NCBI GenBank assembly: GCA_047967505.1
Contig: CM106538.1
Strand: one strand, 5' to 3'
From: Dipteris shenzhenensis
Taxonomy: Eukaryota
DNA length: 64,000 nt
Part shown: one piece after another, positions 14,631-26,344 of the stretch
Layout of the letters: every line of letters starts with the position of its first letter
How positions within the stretch are numbered: the stretch's first letter is position 1
The notes under the pieces: model-generated
What the model was told of the DNA's origin: nothing
What the model saw: the letters and a program-made list of their open reading frames with translations, nothing else
The model's database searches: none
Made by a program: the position numbers and the translations under genes

Positions 14631-15840
14631 ATAACTAGTAATCAACTGAAAAAAGACAACAGTCGTGACAAAACAATCATAGCAGCAAAGGCGTACCAAC
14701 AACCCCAACAGAGACCGTGGGAATCGATGGAGGGTGGCTACTGAGCAAAGCGGCTATGAGGTAAGCATAGGGGGAGTTTTTTTCCAAAATAAATGACAAA
14801 AAAGTATGAAGGAATGAGATAACAGGGGGGGATTTAAAAAATATTATGCACACCTTTGAATCCATCTCGGAGTGGCAGTGCTCAAGGGGTGGGGTGGACC
14901 AAATGTGCAGATGCTCAAAGTGCGACGGTGCACGAACAAACGACCAACAACCGCACGAAATCTAGATCTTCTCAAACTTTATGAAGCCTTGGGCAACACA
15001 ACCCACAGTCACTGTCGTGACGGGCAGGGAGGCATGCGGTACTATAGAGCAATGGAGTAGGGAGCGGAAGAGCCAGTACATAGTCCATACCATATACTAT
15101 GAGTGAGAGCTAGGGACTAGTAGGGAGGCAGCAGTCCGTAGCCTATGAGTGAGAATTAGGGATGCACTACGTAGAGGTAGTGTAGGCTGTGCGTAGTCTG
15201 AGAGCTAAGTATGGGAGCTAGAAATGCATGGGAGATAGAGTATAATAGGTCCGCATGGGCGGAATGGGGTGTAATAGACCGTGCATAGTCAGAGGGAAGT
15301 AACTAGCAAAGACTAGGGAGGCAAGGACTGAGCAAAAAATAGAGAGGCACAATGAGACTAGGCATAGCTTAGGGAGTTTAAATAGGCTTTGAAGTCGGGG
15401 AAGGGAGTTGGTTCAGAGAGTTAGGGAGAGGGGGGTTTGGCCTATCACGTAGGTTAGGGAGTGGTTTAGTAGAGGTTTTAAAGGGTTTAGTTAGTTTTAG
15501 TTTTAGAGTTTAAAAAAAAACATTTTTTTATTTCTATAGCATAATAATTTAGAATAAAAAAGATTAGTAACAAAAAAAAGTTGGAGGCAATTTTAACTAA
15601 ATAAAAAAAGGGGGGACTAAAAAATAAAAAGAGATTCTTTTATTGAAAAAAAACCTTTTTATATATATTGAATTTTGAGATTAATGGAGTATGTGTGAAA
15701 GGGGGTAGGGGGATTTTTTAAGAGAAAAACCCAAGGGGGACAATTTGAGAATAATGTAAGGAAAAAAAAATGGGGGGTATATTAGAAATTGGGACAAATT
15801 GAGAAAAAAAGGGGGGGCCAGAAGAGGGGGGGTTTTAGGA

Positions 15841-15917
<77 letters not shown>
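15841..15917. repeat. (TG)n(AG)n compound microsatellite
   Basis: Direct reading. Confidence 0.9.
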
Positions 15918-15919
<2 letters not shown>

Positions 15920-16425
15920 AAGGATTAATATGTGTGTGTTGGGGGGCCGGGGTTAGGGAGTATGTGTGTGTATCTGCATACATAACTGTGTGTAAGAGTA
16001 GAAAATGTGTGTGTGTACAATAGAGTGGGAAAAAAAAGGGAAAAAAGAATGGATAATGCTAGAGTGGGGTGTCCAAGTTGAGTATTAGGGTAGGAGACAA
16101 TGAAGGTCAACAATATTATGTGTATGGGAAGGCCAAGTAAGTGTGAGAGTACAAATAAGGAGGGAATCTTAATCAAGGGCCGAGAGGGGGGCTAACATAA
16201 GTAAGTGTAATTAGGGGATAAAGAATTAATGGTAAATAATACAATAATACTCAAAATGTTAAGGATTTTTATAAAGTCCAAATTACAAGATTGACATATT
16301 AGCAATTATTAGTGTAACGAGGATATAATAAAGTCCATAAATTGCAAGAATACTATATTTATTAATAAATTATGTGCTCAAAAAGAGAAAGTGGGGTAAA
16401 GTATACAATTTGTGTGTGTGTGTGT

Positions 16426-16584
16426 GGTTCATTATCACTATGTCAGAGAGATATTGTCAGTAGGTGATATATAGTTGTCTTATGTTCCCACTGAAGACAA
16501 CTTGGCAGATCTGTTTACAAAGGCTCTTCCTCGACCTATGTTTGAAGCATTCCACCAGGCTTTACACTTAGTACCCTTTGTAAC
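16426..16584 (+). pseudogene. Copia RNase H C-terminal fragment
   Basis: VHYHYVREILSVGDI*LSYVPTEDNLADLFTKALPRP. Confidence 0.8.
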
Positions 16585-17099
16585 TTGACCTCTATACTAT
16601 GTACAATCATAGCTTGCTATATCCATCCTAGGTGAACATGTGCAACCATGATGTTAGTCCTTTCAGGTATTCTGAGATGCTTCCAGGATACTTCAGCCCA
16701 TACCATGGAGAGGGTTTGTATTCTGAGATGCTTCCAAGATACTTCAGCCCATACCATGGAGGGGGGTTTGTAGGCCACTCTATTGGATATCCATAAATGC
16801 CATTCATTTCTTGGTATGTGCCTTGTAGGCCTAGATATAGGCAACTAGGGCATATGGTACATTTAGCACATGTACCATTTAGTACTAGTGGTACTACTAG
16901 ACACACTATCCTAGGGTTCCCTTTATGTTGTGTACTTTGTACTTTCTTTCACACATTACAGTAGTACATTTTCAGCTTGCTTCCATCTTTGATTGCTTCC
17001 ATTGCTTGCACTTGTCTACAATAAAGGCGTAAATTAATGACATCAAGTACATACCAAAACATTGTACTATATGTGTGCTTGCTCTGAAAGCAAACCATG

Positions 17100-18531
17100 C
17101 ACTTCATGGAGGAACATACCAATAATCTGTGTAAACCTGTACTACCCCCTTATGAATTACAACACCCATATGAACCTGAAACCCTAGGGCACACCATGGA
17201 GTCCACCCTCGTGTCAGTATCAATAGCCATGCATCTGGAAGATTCTAAACACTCGATGCTGCCCTTCACCTTTACAAAGGTCTCTGACTCCTCATCGGCC
17301 CACATATCAATGTTAAACATCTTCACAGTGACTTCTAGGTTGGCATATCTGACCTTGGTAACACATGGAAATGTCACCAAGAATAGTTCTTCAACTACCA
17401 CATTTGCTTTGGCTTTTGTATCACCATCTGAATCTAAGTCAGACTCCTTCTTCTTGTTCTTTTGATCCGCCTTCTTCTTTCTATAGTTCTTCACAAAATG
17501 GCTTGGCTTGTCAGAATAGAAACACTTTTCTTGTGCTTCCTCTTCTTGGAAGTGTGTTCTTCATCTCCATAATCATCCTTCTTGGGCTTGCCACCGTTAG
17601 GCTTGCCCTTTCCTTTGCAAGGACACTAGTCGTGGAAGGATGACTGACTAGCAGGGCCATAATGGCTGACTGCTTGCCCTTCAACCAACTCCACTAGGTC
17701 CCCCTTTATGCGGCTATGGATAGCCCTTATGGGAACCTACGATGCAGCCCTTATGGGGACCTAGAGGGCCATTTTGGCTGACTACTGGCCCTTCAACCAA
17801 TCACACCAGCTCCCCCTTTATGGGGCTATGAGAAGCCCTTACGGGGACCTACAGGGCAACCCTTATGGGGCTGTGGGTACCCTATATGGGGACCCAAGTC
17901 ACCATCCTTGAAGTTTCTTTACAAGGGCATAGTCCTCCAATCATGACCCTTCAATCAATCCCACAAGCTCCCTCTTTTTTGGATTGTGGGTAGCCCTTAT
18001 GGGGACCAGCAGGGCCATAATGGCTGATTATTGCTGGCCCCTCAACTAACCCCTCCAGCTCCCCCTTTATGGGATGTGGGTAGCCCTTATGGGGATCTAC
18101 AGGGTAGCCCTTATGGGAATAAGGCCATAATGGCCAACTACTAAACCAACCCCACAAGCTCCCCCTTTATGGGGCTATTGGAAGCCCTTATGGGAGCCTG
18201 TAGGGCAACCCTTATGGGGACCTATAGGGCAGTTCTTATGGGGACCTACAGGGAAGCCCTTATGGGGACTTGATTCGCCCTCTTTCTTGGAAGGGAACAT
18301 TCATGGACACTTGTGGAAGTCGATTCCCTAGAGCTGTTGAATCACGGTCATTCTTCTACCTTCAATCTCCCACACCTGTGAACCTCCTACTTGGACTCTA
18401 ATGCCATGTTAAAAATTGACCAACAGAGTATATGCATAGTGGGAGACTAATAGAATAGCCCAAGAGCTCACACGATGTGTGGGGTGTGTGAATCAAAAAC
18501 TTCTCAACTTTATGTGCTTCAAATAGATGTG
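17100..18531 (-). mobile_element. Degenerate LTR-retroelement (LTR end, PBS-like site, CCCTTATGGGG repeat-rich leader, gag-like tail); same family as 3365-3860
   Basis: Inverted similarity to 3482-3625; tandem GCCCTTATGGGG / CTCCCCCTTTATGGGG units at 17650-18270. Confidence 0.55.
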
Positions 18532-19269
18532 TAGACTAGTAAATAGACAATGATCCAGCCAGATATAGAAACCACCAAAACAATATACTTTCATCCAAAG
18601 CTATGGACACAATAAAAAAGATAGATGCAGAGTGATGTGGTCCTTTGATCTTATGGTCCATGGATGTTTTTATCAAAGCTATACTTATATATTAATATAA
18701 AATCCTGGTGAACTTTTTATCAAGCTAGTTTTTTTAGTTTCACAATATTGATAGAACATGGTAGACTTTTATATATTTTCTTTTGAATTTTAAAGTAAAA
18801 GATGTACATCTTGGCGAAACCTTAAATTTTTCCTCATAAAAGTTTCAAATCCTGGCAAATACTTCAAATGTTTATTTTTATTAGGGCATACAAACTTTTA
18901 ACACAAATATAAAAGTTTCACTTCTTAATGAAACTAACATGAAAAACTCATCCATGATCTTACCACAAGGTACTTCTACTATCTGCTAGATATCTCTAGA
19001 TCACTAAGCCGACGTGCTCCACCTTGAGTGTATGTAGACTCTCCGTCCAAATACCTCAACACCTTGCTGCCCTAAAAGATAGCCTAGGTTCCAATCCTAG
19101 ATGATCTTAGTTTGTGACACCACTAGGACTCCTCTACCTCTTAGATGTAGGCTTGAGGGTGTCTTCAACTGCTCCTACTTCCCCCCAAACTGCTGGCTTG
19201 CTGTATGTATAATGCCCTACCAAGGGGCTCCTTTTATAGGCTCGAGGGAGCTCCAAAACTGATCGACTA

Positions 19270-19710
19270 GTAGGGCCATAATGGCCAATTGCTAGCCCTT
19301 CAACCGACCCCACCAGCTCCCCCTTTATGGGGCTGTGGGTAGCCCTTATTGGGGACATGCAAGGTAGCCCTTATGGGTACCTACAGAATGGGCCGACTGC
19401 TGGCCCTTCAATCGACCCCACCAACTCCCCCTTTATGGACCTTCAGGTAGCCCTTATGGGACCTATAGGGCCTTATGGGGCTCTGGCAATGCTTATGGGG
19501 ACTTGAGTCACCTCCTTCTCGCAAGGGCATAGTCCTCCTATCGTGGCCCTTCAACCAACCCTATTAGCTCCCCCTTTATGGGGTAGTGGGCAGCCCCCTT
19601 ATGGGGACCTGCAAGGCAGCCCTTATAAGGATTAGCAGGGCCATAATGGCCAACTACAAGCCCTTAAACCAACCCTACTAGCTCCCCCTTTATGGGGCCG
19701 TGGGTAGCCC
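19270..19710. repeat. Further array of CCCTTATGGGG / CTCCCCCTTTATGGGG units
   Basis: Same motif family as 17650-18270. Confidence 0.75.
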
Positions 19711-20404
19711 AGAGCGGCTAATGATGTCGTTGGAGTGATGTATGTTGCATTATACCAATACTCATTCTTCATTCACAAGGAGGCCAACTTCTCCCCGGCA
19801 TGCATTTTCTTACCTAAATCCACATAAATCGCAGTGAACTTGCCTATGAATGATTCAACTGGTTCCCACTCCTTGAAGTCCAAAGGGAAAACATCTGCCA
19901 CCATGAATAAGAGCTCTTAGAAACCAAACAAAAGATTTCCAAATGGACTCATTACACTTAGAGGTGAAAAAGGTACATAGATAGAAAGGCGTGTGATGGT
20001 ATCCTAGATTGATTGAATGATGGAGGAAGCCGCATATCTTTTCCCATGTAAACATAGTGCACTTTTGCGAGCCATCCTTTCTTCCCAAACTTGAACTTCA
20101 AGATGCGCCCCCTTCCACTCATGCAAGATGTCACCTCTCTTCCTCTTGGGAAGCTTATGTGGACCTTTGGCTGATCCTTTCATCCACTATCCAGTCATTT
20201 AAGTTGTAGGTGCAAGGGATCCACTCATCCAATGCATTCATGGTGTTGTGGAAGACACAAGAGGTCACAGCATTGCGTGGTCTTGTAGCCTTGCTCTCAC
20301 CATGCTTGTAGAGGTTGCAACAGCAAGGCAAATGTGCCTACAAAGAAAAGACATCAAATGGACAATTGAAAGACCACTGATTGCTACATAGGGCAATGTA
20401 GCTC

Positions 20405-20653
20405 CAATAGAGGCACAAAAGAGGGAGAAGGAGAGGGACAGAAGAGCAGTAGCAACAGAGGTACAAGAGAGGGAGAAGGAGAGGGACAGAGCAGCTCCAC
20501 AATAGAGGAACAAAAGAGGGAGAAGGAGAGGGATAGAGCAGCAGCAACAGAGGCACAGGAGAGGGATAGAGCAGCCCCAACAGAGGCACAAAAGAGGGAG
20601 ATGGAGAAGGACAGAGCAGCACCAACAGAGGCATTGGAGAGGGAGAGGGGGGG

Positions 20654-20707
<54 letters not shown>
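20405..20707. repeat. ~55-60-bp purine-rich tandem repeat (GAGGCACAAAAGAGGGAGAAGGAGAGGGA...) plus (GA)n
   Basis: 4-5 imperfect copies visible. Confidence 0.75.
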
Positions 20708-20713
<6 letters not shown>

Positions 20714-21374
20714 AGCTGCAACCAAGTAGGCCAAAGCAAGAGGGAGCAGAGAAAGAGAGGGAAGAGGGAAAATGTGTGGGATGCCTATTGAACAAGAATT
20801 TGCTATCGCATTGTGAGCTATTGTTTGGCTGAGATTCAAGCTGATTTTTGGGATAGAAGTACATTGCATTTGAGCTAGTGTTTGGCTGTGATTGAAGACT
20901 ACTTTTGGGGCAAAAATATGGTGCTTGATTGCATTTTGTATCTCAGAAGGGATTGAGGTTTGAGCAGAATTTTTGGTGGCAGGCTGGACTAGAACAGTGG
21001 GGGGCGGAGACCCTAGAAAGAGGGAGGGGAGAAGAAAAATTTGCCAGAAGGGCCCTACCATCCCATTGAAGGCAGTTTTGTGGGGGAGGTGCACCTGGTA
21101 GGAGGGTCAAACATGGGTTAAGAGGGGGTGGGGATGGTTTGGGTGGTCCCTAGTGTAAGGGGAGCTACCAATAGGGGCTCTCTGCAGGCCCACCCACCCT
21201 CCACCTCAACATACCATTGCCCCACACCTTCTAACACTCTCATTAGTACACCTCAAATCACTCTCTAATCCCTTGAAATTAGGAAACACTAATTGGAGGC
21301 CCTTTTGAGACCCCATTTCTCCCCCTTTTGAGACCCCATTTCTCCCCTAATGGCCCAATGTCCCAGTTTTATAG

Positions 21375-21571
21375 GCGCGAAGTTGTGGAGGCTCCCTGAC
21401 ATATTTCTAGAGACGCGTTGCTTGCCATGTAGCATCATGCAACTAAGGCCTACCTATCTAGTAGACCTCATGGATGACACCCAACTGGCTGCCATCCATA
21501 GGAAAAGGGTTACGATGACCGTCGTAGACATGCAATTTATTGTACGTCTTAGGAAGCCCAAGGGCACTTAG
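21375..21571 (+). pseudogene. Divergent histone H3-like histone-fold fragment
   Basis: REVVEAP*HISRDALLAM*HHATKAYL /frameshift/ YLVDLMDDTQLAAIHRKRVTMTVVDMQFIVRLR, against H3 [34 protein letters not shown]. Preceded by a tttatag acceptor and followed by AATAAA. Confidence 0.75.
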
Positions 21572-22683
21572 GGATTTTGTATGCTCTGCCTTGTACTCAG
21601 CCTACGAGCATATATCTTGTACTCTACCTACGGGCATCTACCTTTTACTCTACCTACGGGCATCAATATAATAAAATGTCTTTTTTAGAATTGTCTTTGT
21701 ATGTGCAATATCAAATTTACTTTTAGTGTATTTGCAATCTATTAATTTACTTACATGGAATCTCAATTTACTTATGAAAGACTTTCTGATGATGTATACA
21801 ACATCAAAATGAAATAATAAACATCAAATCTCAATAGAACATGCAAAAGGAAATAATACTCAATTTTACTTAACATAGAAAAGGAAACAATGTTCTGTAG
21901 TAAGAAGAGAAAACAATTTGAAAAAACACACTATTCAAAACTTTTGGACTTGTGTAAAGTCCAATTTGAGAAATGGACTAAAAAACAGTCCAAAAATTTT
22001 GAATATACTAGTAATATTGTTTTTTAACTAGATTTGCCAACTCAAAACAAAAGATTTAATGATTTTGAACTAGATTTGCCAACTCAAAACAAAAGATTTA
22101 ATGATTAAGTACTAAGAACATCAATGCATAACCAAATCTCTTACAAAGGGGGTCTACATAAACATCTTCATAACTTCACAAAAATCTCTTGCAAAGTGGT
22201 CTACATAAACATCTTCATAACTTCTTGTGAATTGAGCAACTATCACCTAAGAACATCAATACATGACCAATAATAGATGACCAATTCTCTTACAAAGTGG
22301 TCTACATAAACATCTTCATAATCACCTAAGAATATCAATAGATGACCAACAATAGATGACCAATTCTCTTGGAAAGGTGGTGTAAATAAACACCTTTATG
22401 TATAAGTGGTGTGCACACACCTTTATGACCATTTCTTTTAGAAAGGTGGTGTACATAAAGCCCTTAGAAAGGTAGTGTAGATAAATCCTTTTATGTGTAA
22501 GTAGTGCACATATACACCACACTTGGTATTAAAAAACACCGTTAAGTATAAAATGGCCCTCATAAACAATATTTATACATAATAATGAGAGTAAAGAAAT
22601 CAAAAAAGTAGTAAACTTTTTATTAGATATTAGCTTTACATAGAAGTTCAAAACTTGTGATTACAAAGCCGTTAGCCAACATG

Positions 22684-25600
22684 TTACTCAGTACCAATGT
22701 CCTCAATGCCAGGCCCTTGACTACTAGGGTCCTAACTAATAGGCTGCTCTAAGACTGGAGTCTCAGTAGCAAGGTCCTTACTAGTTTGCTCTTCAGTTCC
22801 AAGCACCTGACTAGTAGGCTGCTCTAGAGTCTCATGACCAAGTTCTTGGTAAGTAGGGACCTGGCTACTAGGTTCCTGACTAGTAGGCTGCTCTGGAGTC
22901 TGTAAGGTCATGGTTGAAGGACCATCTATGCCTCCTGGTAACTCCTCCTGGTCATGCTTTCCTCGTCCATACCTTCTTTGAGTAAGGCTTCCTTGCTTGA
23001 TCCACTTGCCTGTCCTTCACCCAAGATCGATCCACTTGCCTGTCCTTCATCCAAGATCAAGGGTGCCTTCCTCACTTTTAATTTTAAGGGAAGTGCTTCC
23101 ACCTCTTTAGCCTTACCTTTACCTGTGACGTGCTGTACTACTGTAACTTCTTGCTACCGTGAACCTTCCCGTATGATGAGTGGAACCTCCTTGACTCTAG
23201 TTGACAATTGATCACCCTTATTCTTTGTGCGGATTTCTTCTTGCCGTAAGTCATCAGATGCAGAGCTTTCATCCTCATCATCACCTGAGCTAGAATCATC
23301 ACCCTCAGACTCACTACCCTCTTGTTTGACATTTTCCTCCTCAAAGAAAGTAGTGCAACTGTAATATGTGTCAAAGAACTCAATTTGATGGGGGGTATCA
23401 ATGACATTTACATTTTTACCTTGGCGTAGCAATTTCTCAGCAGCAAAACCCATTCGATACAATGCTACTTCCAACCCATCATTCAATAAATTCTTTGTCA
23501 TCTCTAGTATCACATCAGGATCCATCGGCTTTCTGTAATCCACCATTGCTGCATCAAGCTTAACCTTATGGTCCTCAAAGTAATGAAGCTCGAGAGTCCT
23601 TAAAGGAGTTTGGATTAGATTACCACCACCCCTCGATAAGAAGCACATCAAGAAAGGCTGCAAGACTTGAATGGCAGTGCCTTCCAAGACAGCAGTCATA
23701 TGATTACGCAGGACTATACCATGGTATACTTTTGAAAGTAAATACCCAAATGAAGATGTCAAACTCGCATATAGGGCATCCCTTTGTGATTTTGTCACGA
23801 ACAGGACCAACGTTGATCTTTTCTTATCTGCCATAGGACCTTCAACAATAAACCGCACAAGTTCAACTATTTGTGACACTGCAAGGTCTTGCAATTCATT
23901 TATGAAAAATACACATGGCTTCTCCCAAGCATGACCGCTCATTGTTATGAAATGCTCCGTATCAATGCCATTGATGTGCTCAAATTTTGTATCATTCTCT
24001 GATAGTAGGATATCATAAGAGAAGCTGAATGAAGAACCATCATCTAAACCACCAATTGCTCTACCTTGGGTACTGGACTGCAAGGCCTTTTTCTTAATGT
24101 CCATATATTCTGTCTCAACAACCTTTGGCATTTTAGCTCTTAGATCCTTTGTTGGTGTGGCATCTGCATCCATTGAAGCCAATCACTTTCTAGCCCATGT
24201 TTTATCAAGGAGTTGACCTAGGCTAAGTGCTTTCTTCTTATCCACATCAATTGACTTGCCAGCTAACTCATCATCAGATTTCAATAAAAATAATAGTGCC
24301 GAGAGAGCAGCCTCACTTTGAATCATTCGGGTGACCACTTCATCTAAGTTGCTATGCTTGCTCTTCTTTCCAAAGAAGCAGTCACCACTTAGGATCTTCT
24401 TGCATACTTCTTCTGTTATTGCATCTGGAACAAACCTTAAAGCTCTCCACCAAACAATAGACATCGGTTTCTTTATTTCTTTCCTCTGAGTTGCAATGTG
24501 CTCTGGTGCCTCAAAGGATATCTTTCCTATTTCATATGCTTGGCAAACATCCACGATGCTCTGAAACACTGAGTCCTCACGGAAGACAATGTAGGTAACA
24601 TCCCTGTATCTTGCAATGGCGGTGTTCAAATCCTTTGCCTCAACCTTATTACCTGGTATGCCTTGCGTATTGCTTACAACACCTTTCAAGCATCTATAGA
24701 ACCGAGTCCTCTTTGTCATGTACTCCGATGTAGGTCTCCTGCCCTTCACTGTTTGTGGCTTTCCACAGCCCATCCATAACTCCCTTGCCTTTATCAAGAT
24801 CTCAGAAAAAGAAGAGCTTTTTTTCAACCTAAATGGAGCAGAATTCAGCCTCTCTGATTCTAGAATGTACTTCGAGTCATCATTAAATATGCATATATGA
24901 CAAATGACCCATTGAAACTTTTCCATCCACTCAATCTGTGGCAAGTTTCCTTTTCTTCCCTCATCAAGGGCGATCCTGCAAGCCTCACAAAAGTGTTGCC
25001 CATCAATGGGCTCAAACCTGCATCTTTCTAAGAATCTATTCTTTGCCAGCATGTATCTCTTCTCGATGTCACTCCCATATCGGCTTTGATACAAAGCCTC
25101 TCCACGAACAAAGTCACTCCTTCTAAAGTTCTCAAAAGCATTAAGAAAGTCCACGCGCTTTTGAAATGTGACATCAGGCAATGTAGGATCATCTTCTTGA
25201 AGTCTCTTAAACGCCATAGGACGAAGAGTGATATTAGTGGCAACGGGAGTTCTTGTTTTCCTTGTATCTTCATACAATTTGCGTGCAAATATCTTATCGA
25301 GCTTTCTTTGATTTGTGAACAATGAAGCTCGATCAATAAGCATTGTGGCCACGCTGAATTGTGAAAATCCCCAAATGTATCCCTCATACTCTGGAGGATG
25401 TAAGTCCGCCACACTTATAGAAAAGTCTTCGAAACTTATATCTTCTTCTTACTGATCTTTCTCTTCATCGCTATCCAATTTTTCGCCTGGTTTTAAATAG
25501 CCTGCACTTGATCGATCTCCACGTGGAGTAGGAGATATTTTTGCTCTCTTTCTGGGAATAGCTATAGCACTTGAGTCTACTCCACGATCACTCCTTTTTG

Positions 25601-26101
25601 TTCCTGTAGTTGCAGCAGTCGATGGCGTAGGTACAGTTGGAGATACTGTAGTTACACTTGTTGGAGTTATCGGAGTTACCGCCACAGATATTGACGGTAC
25701 TTGAGGGTTGTATGTTATAGATGGCATAATTAGTGCTCCTGAAGGTTCAACACCACCACTTGGAAATGCATCCCACATTTTCTTCAATGCTTCTAAGGCA
25801 TTAAGTAATTCTTGGGATCCCTCAATTGAATCTGGTAACGGCTTCAAGAAGTGCTTCGGAGTAACTCTAACTTGTAAACCACCTCGTCATTCTTTCCTTG
25901 GCACACAATTTCTATCAAATTGTTTTCTTTAATATTGATGTTTGATACCATGCCACCATTTCTTACTGCCTCTGCAGAATATTTCGGGCTTGATATGTTC
26001 TCTGAAGTGATCACCAAAAAATACTTTGATTTCCGCTCCATAAAATACCAAGCATGTTCAAGGTATTTGAAAGACACCTTGGAACCAAAACTGGAAGCCA
26101 T
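22684..26101 (-). pseudogene. Transposon second gene (~1100 aa): ParB/Srx-like (DGQH) domain, degenerate N4/N6-methyltransferase-like fold, acidic low-complexity tail
   Basis: ORFs 25449-25847, 24183-25412 and 23154-24182 share one frame, split by single stops; frameshifts near 25860 and ~22960. Motifs NQRKLDKIFARKL, FEPIDGQHF, YDILLSEND and RKPMDPDVILEMTKNLLNDGLEVALYRMG...RQGKNVNVID. A splice acceptor-like tttttcag lies just upstream of the ATG at 26101. Confidence 0.7.
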
Positions 26102-26344
26102 GAAAGCTATAGTTTTCTGAAAAACAATCAAAAATAAAAAATGAGAAATACAATGATTTTCAAACTCAAAATATTAAATAAATTTTTAATTAAATATTCT
26201 TTTAAGTTTTATTTATTTTTAATTTTTAAAATAAAATATATTTTTTAATTATTTTATTTTAATTAGTTAGTTTATTTTTATATTTAAAATTTAATTTAAT
26301 TTTTTGATTTTTTTAAAGTTTTATTTATTTTAACTTTTTTAATT

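Noticed and set aside
20265-21094. Hydrophobic/Cys-rich minus-strand ORFs
   Set aside because: They are translations of (CT)n and the purine-rich tandem repeat.
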